A stretch of DNA of 64,000 nucleotides. It comes from Acidobacteriota bacterium (GTDB lineage Bacteria; Acidobacteriota; CAIWXX01). Under the pieces are notes generated by a model. The model worked only from the letters and a program-made list of their open reading frames with translations, ran no database searches and had not been told where the DNA came from. The DNA lies in contig JBFMAF010000018.1 in the NCBI GenBank assembly GCA_040755995.1, positions 32,001 through 96,000 on the forward strand, written 5' to 3'. Shown one piece after another: positions 47,981 through 59,800 of the stretch. Numbering within the stretch: position 1 is the first letter of the stretch; each line of letters opens with the position of its first letter. The translations under genes were made by a program, and so were the position numbers.

Positions 47981-49029
47981 CGTGCGACTGGTCTCCGGCC
48001 GGGGTGTCCGAGTATCCGGCTGATCCGGTGGATCATGGCATCGAGCAGCAGGCGGTCGGATAGTCCGGCCGACTTGACCAGCGCCTCGGTTCGCACGGCC
48101 TCGGCGAGCGCCTCTCCCAGTGCCCGGCTTCCGATGCGCATCGACACGTCAACGTCCCTGAAGCTCACCGGCGGCCTCGACTCCAGCCGCCGAGTGATCT
48201 CGGCGGGTGATGCGCCCCGGTCGGCGAGCCTGGCGATCTCGTATCTCTTCCGCAGGTGGCCCGACAGAAGCCACAGAATCGACCCGGTCGATGCCCCGGC
48301 ATCGAACAGCCGCTTCAGACTCAGCAGCGCCGCCTCTGTGTCCCCCTGGAGCAGGTGGTCGGCCACTGCCCATGGTTTCTCTTCGCGGTTGATCGAGAAG
48401 CACGCGTTCACGTCCCCGTCTTCGATGCGGCGCCGATCCCCGAGGTACAAGAACATCTTGTCCAGCTCCATGGCGATCCGTAGCGGCTCGTTCTCGCTGA
48501 GTGTAGCGATCATCTGTGCCGCGGTGGGGCTGAGGGAGAAGCCCGAGGCGTGGGCATAGCTGCGGATCCAATCGGGCACCTGCTCGGGCGTCGGCAGGTC
48601 GCATCGGATCTTCGTGCAATGCTTCTCGAAGTGAGCTGTGGATGTCTTGCGCTTGTCGAGGTCTGAGGCCCGGAAGACCAGGTAGGTGCCGGCCGGCGGC
48701 TTGCTCAAGAGAGCCTCCTGTGCGCCGTTCCTGTCCTCCCGCACGCGATCGGCCTCGCGCACGATCACCAGCCGGTCGCCGAACAGGTCTCCGGTGGATA
48801 CGTAGTCCACGAGCCGCCCCCAGCCCGTCTCATCGCCGTGATACGTGCTGATCGACTCGATGCCGGCGTCTGCCGCCCGGCGGCGGACCTCGTTCAGAAC
48901 AGCTTCGGCCTCGTGCAGATTCTCGCCGAGCACGAGCAGCGGTTTCTTGGGCGGGAATTTTTCCAGAACACGCAGGGCAGCTGCCGGGATCACGATCTGC
49001 GGCCTCCGAGTGCGGGCGCCTGCGGGCAC
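47977..49029 (-). CDS. holA: DNA polymerase III delta subunit
   Basis: LFGDRLVIVRE, DLDKRK, ELDK..LY; leuS-lptE-holA synteny. Start uncertain. Confidence 0.85.
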   Translation of the reverse strand: MPAGARTRRPQIVIPAAALRVLEKFPPKKPLLVLGENLHEAEAVLNEVRRRAADAGIESISTYHGDETGWGRLVDYVSTGDLFGDRLVIVREADRVREDRNGAQEALLSKPPAGTYLVFRASDLDKRKTSTAHFEKHCTKIRCDLPTPEQVPDWIRSYAHASGFSLSPTAAQMIATLSENEPLRIAMELDKMFLYLGDRRRIEDGDVNACFSINREEKPWAVADHLLQGDTEAALLSLKRLFDAGASTGSILWLLSGHLRKRYEIARLADRGASPAEITRRLESRPPVSFRDVDVSMRIGSRALGEALAEAVRTEALVKSAGLSDRLLLDAMIHRISRILGHPGRRPVAR

Positions 49030-49077
49030 ACGATAGTGACTGCCACGCCGTCCTGCCCTCGGGCCACCCGGCCGCGG

Positions 49078-49704
49078 CTAGAACCCTTCGAGCATGGTCG
49101 AGACAAGTCGACGTGCGAAGTCGAGGGTAGCTTCATCGAGCGCCTTGGTCTGCTCCTGGTAGAAGTTGCCGGTCGCCTCCGGAATCGTGTACTGGAACGG
49201 AGGTGAGACGAAGTTCGGATTGGAATAGATTATTTCGTTCTTGTTGAGATCCTTCAATTCGACCGAGGCGCTGAACGTGATAGCCTGCTGGCGGGAACGC
49301 GATTCGCGCGTGAACGAGATCGGATAGTCGTTGAATGCATTGATCGAGACATTGAGCAGCGCGTCAACACCGCTCTCGCTCGGCACGATTTGCAGCCGCG
49401 TGCGGCTGTTCAGCTCGTTTATGACGGCCGTGGTCAGCTTCTGGTCGAGCTCGTACCGGGGAGTGAGGTTCTTGAAAATGGGAACACCCAGTGTCTTGAT
49501 GTATTCGGGTAGGATGTTGCCCGTGCCGGCCAGGTGGTAGCCGCACGACGCCGATATCAGGATGCTAACGACTAGCAACAGCAGATGTGTAGGGGCGGAT
49601 CGTGATCCGCCCTTCTTGCGGAACCCGCCGGGTTCTCCGATCGCGGGTTGCGGGCGTCGGTATTGTTGTTCGTTCCTGGCAATAGGCTTCCTCATGTCAT
49701 TCAT
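49078..49704 (-). CDS. lptE: LPS assembly lipoprotein LptE
   Basis: Hydrophobic stretch then SASCGYHL, LP.YIKT..VP.FKN; between leuS and holA. Confidence 0.85.
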   Translation of the reverse strand: MNDMRKPIARNEQQYRRPQPAIGEPGGFRKKGGSRSAPTHLLLLVVSILISASCGYHLAGTGNILPEYIKTLGVPIFKNLTPRYELDQKLTTAVINELNSRTRLQIVPSESGVDALLNVSINAFNDYPISFTRESRSRQQAITFSASVELKDLNKNEIIYSNPNFVSPPFQYTIPEATGNFYQEQTKALDEATLDFARRLVSTMLEGF

Positions 49705-49772
49705 CCTACCACAATGTGGGGCAGCCATATTGGGTTCGGCGAGAAGGGCAGGCCGAGGCCCGCCCCTACACA
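49586..49772. mobile_element. REPIN/BIME-like element: two inverted GTAG-REP units of about 41 bp
   Basis: TGTGTAGGGGCGGATCGTGATCCGCCCTTCTTGCGGAACCC (+, 49586-49626) and TGTGTAGGGGCGGGCCTCGGCCTGCCCTTCTCGCCGAACCC (-, 49732-49772). Confidence 0.75.
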
Positions 49773-49840
49773 CCTTCGCATCGAGCGTTGCGTTCGGCGG
49801 CATCGTAGTCCGTTGGTGCTATCAGCCTTTCTCGTCTCAT

Positions 49841-52300
<2,460 letters not shown>

Positions 52301-52324
52301 GATCGACACCTCATCAAACTAGGA

Positions 52325-52354
52325 ATCCTACGGGCCGATCGGCGGTCTTGTCAA
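52325..52354 (-). promoter_or_regulatory. Sigma70-type promoter for leuS
   Basis: TTGACA-N18-TAGGAT. Confidence 0.55.
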
Positions 52355-52538
52355 ATGGGCGCGGGGCCGTTGCCGGTTGACCGTGAGATTCGCGCCGGGC
52401 GATCCCTACAAGGTAGTGCGCGTCGAATCGTTGGCTTGTTCGAGCGGTGGCAGTCGAGAGCATGCTGGCGCCGTCTCGATCGTGCTGAAGCCACCCGTGC
52501 CATGCGCGAGCACGAGGCATCGGCATCGGACATGCCCC

Positions 52539-53924
52539 TCACCGAAGTCGCCTGACGTCTATGAGGACTCCGTCCGGACAGCGGGCGCGACCGACAGACT
52601 GGCTGAACCCTGCGCGACTGATCAGACACGGCGTGATTTCGACCCCTTCAAATGCCCGCTCAGCTTTGACACGACCCAGAAGAGATCCGAGGAGAGACGG
52701 AGAGACGGGATTCCGGCCCCACTTGATCTCAGCCACGAACGCACGGGTCCGCTCGATGTCCATGACAACCACGTCGAGCTCGGCTGTTTCGCTCCAATAC
52801 CGGCCGAAATGCGCGGGTGTGAATGGTATTGGGACGTACGGTTCTCCGCTCCTCAGAATTTCTCGCACTACCGGCTCGACGGCGTGCGGCAGGTGGGACG
52901 AGAGCGCAGGCTTGACAGCCTTCCTCATGACCTCCCGGGCGAGACCTCGTTCGAGCTGGTCGCGAAAGGGGTGTACGACGCGGAACCAGGTGGCGATGAA
53001 GGGATCGGCGATGCGGTAGAGTCCCTTGCGGCTTTTCTCCGGCATTCGTTCCGTGATCGGCACCTCGCGGGCAACGAGACCAAGGTCGATAAGTGTTGAG
53101 AGGTAACGGGTGAGGTTGGCACGATCGAGGCCGGCCTTCGAGGAGATCTCCCCGAACTTCTGCGATCCCATCGCGATAGTGGCCAAGATCGCAAAGTAGA
53201 CGCGTGGTTCACGGAGCTCCTCCCGGAGGAGAAATGGCACCTCCTCGTACAGCGGCTCGCCCGGGGCGAGGACGTGTCGAAGGAGGTTCGTCTCGATTCC
53301 CAGACCCGCATCGAGCCGGCTGAGATATCCGGGGACGCCGCCAAAAAGCGCGAACAACTCGATGATCTCAGGGAAATCCCAGTCAAACGCCCGCCGGAGA
53401 TGCCCTGGCGCTAGCGGCCCGAGCATCAACTGCCCAGTGCGGCGGCCGAACAGCGGCGCCCGGCTCGAAAGGAACGTCTCCTCCATGAGTCCGACCGAGG
53501 AGCCGCAGAAGACCAGTTTCAATCCACCGTTCGCCAGGCTCCGATCCCAAGAAGCCTGGATGAGCCCCGGCAACGAGGGGTCGCTCTCGACGAGAAAGGG
53601 AAACTCGTCGAGGACAAGGACCGACGGGTCGCGAGCGCCTTCGAGAAAGGCGAGAAGCGCCGCGGAAGATGCCAGAGGTTGGGCGGAAAGAAACGGAACC
53701 TGCCAACCATCGGCGATGGTTGTGGATAGGCGTTTCAGCTCCTCCAGGATCGTCGAGCGGGTGGCCACATGGTAGGCCGCCCTGGGGAGAGTGCGGAGGA
53801 CCTCCTGAAGGAGCGCCGTCTTGCCGATCCGCCGGCGTCCATAGAGGATGAACATTCCCGAGCCACGTCTGGTCAGGTGCTCACGCAGCACCGCCAACTC
53901 CCGCTCCCGATCCAGAAACTCCAT
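52539..53924 (-). CDS. Archaeal-type ATPase with wHTH and DUF234-like PD-(D/E)XK C-terminus
   Basis: FLDREREL, YGRRRIGKT, LDEFP, GGVPGY, ELDVV...AEIKW. Confidence 0.85.
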   Translation of the reverse strand: MEFLDRERELAVLREHLTRRGSGMFILYGRRRIGKTALLQEVLRTLPRAAYHVATRSTILEELKRLSTTIADGWQVPFLSAQPLASSAALLAFLEGARDPSVLVLDEFPFLVESDPSLPGLIQASWDRSLANGGLKLVFCGSSVGLMEETFLSSRAPLFGRRTGQLMLGPLAPGHLRRAFDWDFPEIIELFALFGGVPGYLSRLDAGLGIETNLLRHVLAPGEPLYEEVPFLLREELREPRVYFAILATIAMGSQKFGEISSKAGLDRANLTRYLSTLIDLGLVAREVPITERMPEKSRKGLYRIADPFIATWFRVVHPFRDQLERGLAREVMRKAVKPALSSHLPHAVEPVVREILRSGEPYVPIPFTPAHFGRYWSETAELDVVVMDIERTRAFVAEIKWGRNPVSPSLLGSLLGRVKAERAFEGVEITPCLISRAGFSQSVGRARCPDGVLIDVRRLR

Positions 53925-54092
53925 GTCCCACCTCCAGGCTGCTAGCCTTAGATGTAGACAGATTATCAGATTCCGTCTACAGCTTAAAGGTCGGCTACTG
54001 GCCGCACCACTGTGCACCTGACTCGCCGCTCAGCATGGGGATGCCGAGCAATACCGCCGACTGCGCGTCGCAGAGAATCGGGGCAAACGCGC

Positions 54093-56213
54093 CTACCGGA
54101 GCGCCAGGTCCACGTTCAGCGTGCCGCCTTTGAAGGTGATACTCTTCTGTGCTCGTCCGACCCGTTTCTTGTTCGCCTTCAGCGTGTACTTGCCGGCTGG
54201 GATGTTCTTGAAGGAGTAGTCGCCGGAGGCCGATGAGCTCGTGTGCATGGAGACGCTGCCTCCTTTGAGCGTGACGCGTGCACCGGCCACGGCCTTGCGC
54301 CGCTTGTCCTTGACCTTCCCCCGAATCTCGGAGATCTGTCCCGAGGCGTTCACGGTGACATTCACCGAGTCCGGTGCGCTCGATTCGACACCATCGTTCA
54401 CGATGAGACTGAGGGCCAGGGTCGTAGTCGTGGAGGGCGCGGTGAACGTGGGCTGAGCGGCGGTAGAGTCCGATAGGGTGACTGCGACACCGCCGGTCTG
54501 GCTCCACGCATACGTCAGCGCCGTGCCTCGCCTGCTGATGCTGGAGGTGCCGTCGAGATGAACGAGGGTGCCGTAGGCGACGGTTTGATCCGGCCCCGCA
54601 TTGGCGATCGGGGTCAGCGTCGGGCTGCCGCCACTCGAAGGCGCGAGCCCGTTGCGGCGGTAGCTCCCGCGTCCCGTGCCCCAGAGAACGCGGGCGATGG
54701 GGGTCCCGGGGAGGTCGTAGGCGACCAGGCCCGAGCCCGAGGTGCCCACGACGACCTCCAGCTGGCCGTCGCCGTCTATGTCGGCCACAGTGGGCGCTCC
54801 GAGAATCCCGTTCCAGTTGCCGCTAGTCGGCGCAGGCAGGTCGACCTCGTAGAGAGGCGTGCCGCGGTAGTCGAGGATATGGAGTCGTCCGACGCGGTTG
54901 TTGCCCTTCTCAGGCCATGATCCGAAGATGATCTCCGCCTTGCCATCGCCTGTCATGTCGATCACGGACGGTTCGGAGGCGAAGCGGATGAAGCCCTCGG
55001 GGGGCTTGGTGACCGAATACGGCCAACTGTGGTGCTCGGTCTTGTCGAGCCAGTACGCATGGAGCTTGCCGTCGTAGGACGCGAACAGGATTTCGAGCAT
55101 CCCGTCCCCATCGAGGTCTGCGGTGACCGGATTCGGCTGGGCAGTTTCGATCACGTTGTAGTCTTCGGACAGGGGGGCGCTGCCGGGGCCGGGCGTCGGG
55201 ATCACGGTCCAGTCGTAGCCGCCGGCGGCCCATCGAGTTCTGTCAGCCTTGAATACGAACGGCATCTGGTAGAGCGACGTATATGGATCTGTTCCGCAGT
55301 TGTAAACATTGCCGACGATGATAATCTCGAGAACGCCATCGCCGTTGAGATCCGCGATCGTTGGAGCGCTGTCAGCGAAATTCGGCCTGTGTTCGACACC
55401 GCAGTTCGCCCAGCCGCGGACGTCGACGGCGTCGTCGACGTGAACTCCCACGCGGCTCCAGAACTTTCCGCTGCCGAAATGAACGGCGTTGGCGAGAATC
55501 TGGCTCCCGTCGTCGTTGAATGCGGCGACGTAGTGCACGTCGCTGGGACCGATGATCTCGGAGCGGCCGTCGCCGTCGATGTCGGCCGAGCCGACGTTCT
55601 CGTTGAAGCATCCGGCGGCGTAGCCGTTGGTGGACGAATCGGGATAGTGCTGCGGCCAGCCCGAGCGCACGACACCGGTGTGTTCATAGACGAACCACTG
55701 GTTGTCCGAGCGTGTCGAGGCCGCGATGATTTCGAGATCGCCGTTGCGGTCGAGGTCGTCAACCGCAAGGCTTCGCAGCTCGTTGCCTGGTGTGGGCTGC
55801 TTCGGCCAACCCGGATAGAAGTAGCCGTCATGATTGTAGACCGACAGCCAGCCTCCGCCGTGCGCGGTCACGATTTCAAGATCGCCGTTTCCGTCGACAT
55901 CCGCGACGACGATTCCCGGCCATGTGCGTCCGACATCCGAGGCACCGGGCTCGCTGAGATCGTGTCCGGAAGCGACCTTCCATTCGACGGCACCCGTGGC
56001 GCCGTCAACCGCCCAGATGCTGTAGGCCGACCAGACGATCTCCTGCGCTCCGTCGCCGTCGATGTCAGCGACGGCAGGCGACGCATACCACCCCGTCTGG
56101 CACCACGAAGTGCATCCGGCCTTCTGCCATTTCAGCGTGGGAGCCCCGAGCTGCCCGTACGCCGCGGTACACGACAACGCCGCGATCAGAATGAAGATGG
56201 CCGCGAGTCGCAT
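54093..56213 (-). CDS. Secreted FG-GAP/VCBS repeat protein with PKD-like and carboxypeptidase-regulatory-like domains
   Basis: Signal peptide; repeated (V/I)AD(I/L)DGDG..EI; ANAGPDQTV...LDG..S...Y.WSQT.G; GGAGG RBS. Confidence 0.88.
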   Translation of the reverse strand: MRLAAIFILIAALSCTAAYGQLGAPTLKWQKAGCTSWCQTGWYASPAVADIDGDGAQEIVWSAYSIWAVDGATGAVEWKVASGHDLSEPGASDVGRTWPGIVVADVDGNGDLEIVTAHGGGWLSVYNHDGYFYPGWPKQPTPGNELRSLAVDDLDRNGDLEIIAASTRSDNQWFVYEHTGVVRSGWPQHYPDSSTNGYAAGCFNENVGSADIDGDGRSEIIGPSDVHYVAAFNDDGSQILANAVHFGSGKFWSRVGVHVDDAVDVRGWANCGVEHRPNFADSAPTIADLNGDGVLEIIIVGNVYNCGTDPYTSLYQMPFVFKADRTRWAAGGYDWTVIPTPGPGSAPLSEDYNVIETAQPNPVTADLDGDGMLEILFASYDGKLHAYWLDKTEHHSWPYSVTKPPEGFIRFASEPSVIDMTGDGKAEIIFGSWPEKGNNRVGRLHILDYRGTPLYEVDLPAPTSGNWNGILGAPTVADIDGDGQLEVVVGTSGSGLVAYDLPGTPIARVLWGTGRGSYRRNGLAPSSGGSPTLTPIANAGPDQTVAYGTLVHLDGTSSISRRGTALTYAWSQTGGVAVTLSDSTAAQPTFTAPSTTTTLALSLIVNDGVESSAPDSVNVTVNASGQISEIRGKVKDKRRKAVAGARVTLKGGSVSMHTSSSASGDYSFKNIPAGKYTLKANKKRVGRAQKSITFKGGTLNVDLALR

Positions 56214-56472
56214 GGTCGCACCTCCGAATGATGGACTTCTATTCCGGTTATAGCACCAACGTGGTTTCGGAAGTGTGCGGCAGATCACACCTAGACAGTT
56301 GGCAGTTGTCAGTTGGCAGTTGTCAGCGGCGCGCAGGGCTGTCTTTTCGCATTTCGCGTTTTGCATTTGGCACCTTGCACCTTGCATTTGGCCCTGCCGA
56401 AATCCGCGTGGGCGCGCGCGGATTTCGGCCGCTCATGATATGCTTTGGCGCTCTTGAGGAGGTGATGACGAT

Positions 56473-56910
56473 ATGAGTTGCCCGTTTTTCTGGCCGGCGA
56501 GGGAGATGACGAAGCAGGAGTGGCTGAACCCGCCGCGGATGCCGCTGGGCGTGGCGCACACAGGTGTCTGCAAGGCCGTTGCTGCGGTGGACTACACACC
56601 GGGCCTCGACGAGCTGAAGCGGCTGTGTAACCCAGGCTACCCCACAGCGTGCGAGCGGTTTCCGAGGAACTGGCCGTTCCAGGCCGTGCGGTTCGCCGTG
56701 GTGCGTGATGACAACGCTCGACGGATCAGCGTGGCATACGTGCTGGAGCACGAACGGACTCCGCACGAGCACGGCACGCTCGAGTTCGACCGCGATCGTG
56801 ACTCATTCGAGCGCGCGCACCACGACCCGATCGTCAACGCCCAGGCGCTAGCCTACGTCCGCGTCTATTTGAAGCAGAAGGGCACCAGCACCGGCTCCGG
56901 CGAGCTGTGA
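56473..56910 (+). CDS. Hypothetical protein with four Cys
   Basis: GAGGAGG RBS, high-GC3 codon usage; MSCPFF...GVC...CNPGY..CERF. Confidence 0.7.
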   Translation: MSCPFFWPAREMTKQEWLNPPRMPLGVAHTGVCKAVAAVDYTPGLDELKRLCNPGYPTACERFPRNWPFQAVRFAVVRDDNARRISVAYVLEHERTPHEHGTLEFDRDRDSFERAHHDPIVNAQALAYVRVYLKQKGTSTGSGEL

Positions 56911-56924
56911 TCTGTGATCCCCGA

Positions 56925-57043
56925 ATGCGTGACCGGCGGTCTATCCGGCTAGAAGGCTACGACTACACCCAGACCGGCGCCTATTTCATCACCCTCTGTA
57001 CGCAGGATCGATCCTGCCTGTTCGACGACGTGATGGATGGCGT
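56925..57043 (+). pseudogene. 5' remnant of a REP-associated tyrosine transposase (RAYT/Y1)
   Basis: RRSIRLEGYDYTQTGAYFITLCTQDR..LF is the typical RAYT N-terminus; the HUH motif is absent, cut by the convergent gene. Confidence 0.8.
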
Positions 57044-57409
57044 TCAGGCCCGAGTTGCGCTGCTGAACCCGGCCATGCGCAGCAGCTTCTTGATCGCTCT
57101 CTGCACGAACGACTTGCGCTGGGACTGTGCGGCTCTCATGGCCAATGCGCGCTGCACGATCGGACAGCTCAACGTCTGCAGGCAGTAGTCACTCAGCTCA
57201 CCGCGGCTCAAGCGACGTCTGATTTCCACCATCTCCGCTGAGTTCCATGCATCCGCCCAATTCGACATCTGTTTCTCAATTGCGGCTCCGTAGCAACACG
57301 GGATGATACCCCGGCGCAGAATGTAACAGGTCTCCCACGGCTCGCGGCAGAGAGGCAGCCGGTCATCTCGAAGGACATCGGCCCTGGCCCCTTTCCTGGT
57401 CTTCAACAT
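57044..57409 (-). CDS. Stand-alone SPASM/Twitch-like Fe-S domain protein
   Basis: LCREPW...GIIPCC...AWNS..M..IRR.L...C.....C; its ATG overlaps the upstream stop (TGATG). Confidence 0.75.
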   Translation of the reverse strand: MLKTRKGARADVLRDDRLPLCREPWETCYILRRGIIPCCYGAAIEKQMSNWADAWNSAEMVEIRRRLSRGELSDYCLQTLSCPIVQRALAMRAAQSQRKSFVQRAIKKLLRMAGFSSATRA

Positions 57410-59442
57410 CAACCGGATTGCTCGCGCCGCCCGCCGAAATGGAATTGGTTGTAGACCGGCACCCCGTACTTCTGTGCGTGCATGCCCGATTCAGCAAAGA
57501 TCTCTGCCAACTCCTCCGAAGAGAGGATTTCCCTTTCGTAGTCAAAAAGGTAGCCGCTTCTTTCCATTCGGACACGCCTCTCACCTATATCGCAGAGGGG
57601 CCGGAGCACCACTGCGTCGGCATTGATGTCTCTACTGAGCCGGAAGAAATCCTCCAGGTCGCCCCGATTGACTCGCATCGGCATGAATACCATGAAAATC
57701 CTGGGCAGGTTGCCATGGTCTTTCCGTTGCTGACCAAGGAGGCGAAGCTGCGGGATGATCTCGTCCCACCTGTCGTTGCGGATTCTGGCGTAGGTCTCCT
57801 TCCGAGCTGCGTCGAGCGACACATAGACGGTGACTCGCTTCCCCAACAGCACAGCGACTGTCTTCGCGTTCAACGCTTGACCATTCGTCGAGATCTCCAG
57901 GATCTTCTTCTCGCGTTCGCACAACTCCACTATTTCCCTCAGGCGAGGGTGCAGCAGCGGTTCGCCGATCGAGCAGTTGACGAGACTCCGAGCGTTTTGG
58001 AAGAAGGGGCCATAGCCCTTCAGCGTAGCGTCATCGACCATGGCATGCGTGTTTGGGCCTTCCATCTCTTTGCCCCAGTCCCAGATGCAATAGACGCAAT
58101 GAGGCTTGATATTACAGACGCCGTAGAGATCGATTCCCAAGTTCAGCGGATGCGACTTGAGACGAGTCGCACCATTCGACATCTCACGATAGTTCAAGAT
58201 GGCGTTCTTGTGGAGGCTCTGGGAGTTCCGGTGGACTTGCTCATTGTCATGGAACGCGACCTCGCTCACTCGAACGCTCAGCTCCCGCCCATCCTGGGCG
58301 TGATAGCGCGCTGGGTATGGTTTGTTCGCGGCGAGGCGCAGCTCGCATGTGTGATGAGGAAGTGGGCGCTCAGGCACCTTTGGATGGATCAGTGACAACA
58401 GATGCTTCTTCTGCCCATGGTCCGCCGGCCCCATTTCCAGACTGTAGTAGTTCCACCCGTGAAGGAGCTCGATCTCGCCGATCGAAGCTCCGTTTACGAA
58501 CACGCTTAGCCTCTGACTCAGGTTCTCGAACTCCGAGGATATCCAGAGAGACAGGAATCTGTTCCCGGCCCTCCTTTCTTCCGGCACCAGCAACCGGGCC
58601 TCCTTCTTCATCCAGCGGCATGAAAGCAGGTCCGACGACTCCTGTTGATACCACCCTTCGGCAAAGAAGAAATCGCCTTCAGACGCGTGGTGGATTGCGA
58701 TATCTCTCACCATCACACCGAGTTGTCGCGAGTCCTGCGTCACGCTCGATGGGAACGTTCTATCAAGACTGAGATCAATGCGGAGGTCACATGGCTGACT
58801 CCCTATGGGGAAGTAGTAGTTCTGTTCGCCGGGCCCAACAAGCCTTGTCCCAACCTTCTCTCCGTTCACGGCCACGGTCAGCGCCGGCTGGCGCGCGGAG
58901 CTGAAAGGATGACCACATCGGATCTCCAGGTAGCGATCGCTCCGGGCGTGGTCGTCATGCAAGAAGCAGACAGCTTCCCTGGCCATCCAACGGAACGGGA
59001 GGGCTGTGGTCATCCGTTCTTCGGGGTACCAGCCCTCTCCGTACATCTCCATTTCCGAGATGTCGATGACCGCCACATCCCGCACCTTTATTCCCAACTC
59101 GCGCGTATCCCCCGGCGCCATGTGGGTTCTGTCGAGCCGAAAGGTGAATGGCACTTCCGGTTCCTTCGGAAACGGAAAGAAGAAGCTGGTCCATTTGTTG
59201 TGAATATCGCGTTTGCCGGTCGCTGCATCGTTCGCGAGAACCTCGAGGACGACCGGCTTCTTGTGCGAGAATGGGCAGTCGGTGATTACCCGGAGGTAGG
59301 CAGTGCCGGGAGCGCGCAAGCCCTTCACGATGAGCCTGGCTTCCCTGGTCATCCACCGAAACGAAAACGAATCCCCTCTCTCCTCATCATGCCACCCACC
59401 CTCGAACAGAATCGAATGCTCGGCCATCCTGTGGCTCATCAT
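57409..59442 (-). CDS. Radical SAM protein with three N-terminal GW..E..RWM repeats
   Basis: CNIKPHCVYC, GEPLLHP, ISTNG, VSLDA...ETYA.IR. Start uncertain (59427-59535). Confidence 0.85.
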   Translation of the reverse strand: MMSHRMAEHSILFEGGWHDEERGDSFSFRWMTREARLIVKGLRAPGTAYLRVITDCPFSHKKPVVLEVLANDAATGKRDIHNKWTSFFFPFPKEPEVPFTFRLDRTHMAPGDTRELGIKVRDVAVIDISEMEMYGEGWYPEERMTTALPFRWMAREAVCFLHDDHARSDRYLEIRCGHPFSSARQPALTVAVNGEKVGTRLVGPGEQNYYFPIGSQPCDLRIDLSLDRTFPSSVTQDSRQLGVMVRDIAIHHASEGDFFFAEGWYQQESSDLLSCRWMKKEARLLVPEERRAGNRFLSLWISSEFENLSQRLSVFVNGASIGEIELLHGWNYYSLEMGPADHGQKKHLLSLIHPKVPERPLPHHTCELRLAANKPYPARYHAQDGRELSVRVSEVAFHDNEQVHRNSQSLHKNAILNYREMSNGATRLKSHPLNLGIDLYGVCNIKPHCVYCIWDWGKEMEGPNTHAMVDDATLKGYGPFFQNARSLVNCSIGEPLLHPRLREIVELCEREKKILEISTNGQALNAKTVAVLLGKRVTVYVSLDAARKETYARIRNDRWDEIIPQLRLLGQQRKDHGNLPRIFMVFMPMRVNRGDLEDFFRLSRDINADAVVLRPLCDIGERRVRMERSGYLFDYEREILSSEELAEIFAESGMHAQKYGVPVYNQFHFGGRREQSG

Positions 59443-59800
59443 CTCACCGTTCATACACGCAGCCCGCAACCCGAGGGCAGTCTGGAGCCACTGTCGACAT
59501 CCGGCAACTGCGCCGGACGGAAGTCCGGAAGACACTCGTCCACACGGCTTTGGCCCTTCTTGGAACGCCTCACCGGAATCTACCGGCCTTCATGGATGAT
59601 CTACGCGCCTTCGCAACTTCGTAGTCGGCTGCATCGTCCCTCAGGAGACCTCCTTGCCGATTGGGCACGTCCTCACTCACAGTCTAGTGGATTGGGCTGG
59701 CCCGCACAACGAGTCTGGGGAACCCTGATCCAGGGCCGAGGCCGCCGGATTCGTGGAGTCGTCCGGGGCGGCCGCTGAATAGGCGGCGAGGCTGGGCCGC

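Noticed and set aside
57409..57411. TGA as selenocysteine readthrough joining radical SAM and SPASM
   Set aside because: The SPASM ORF is in a different frame and another TGA follows two codons later.
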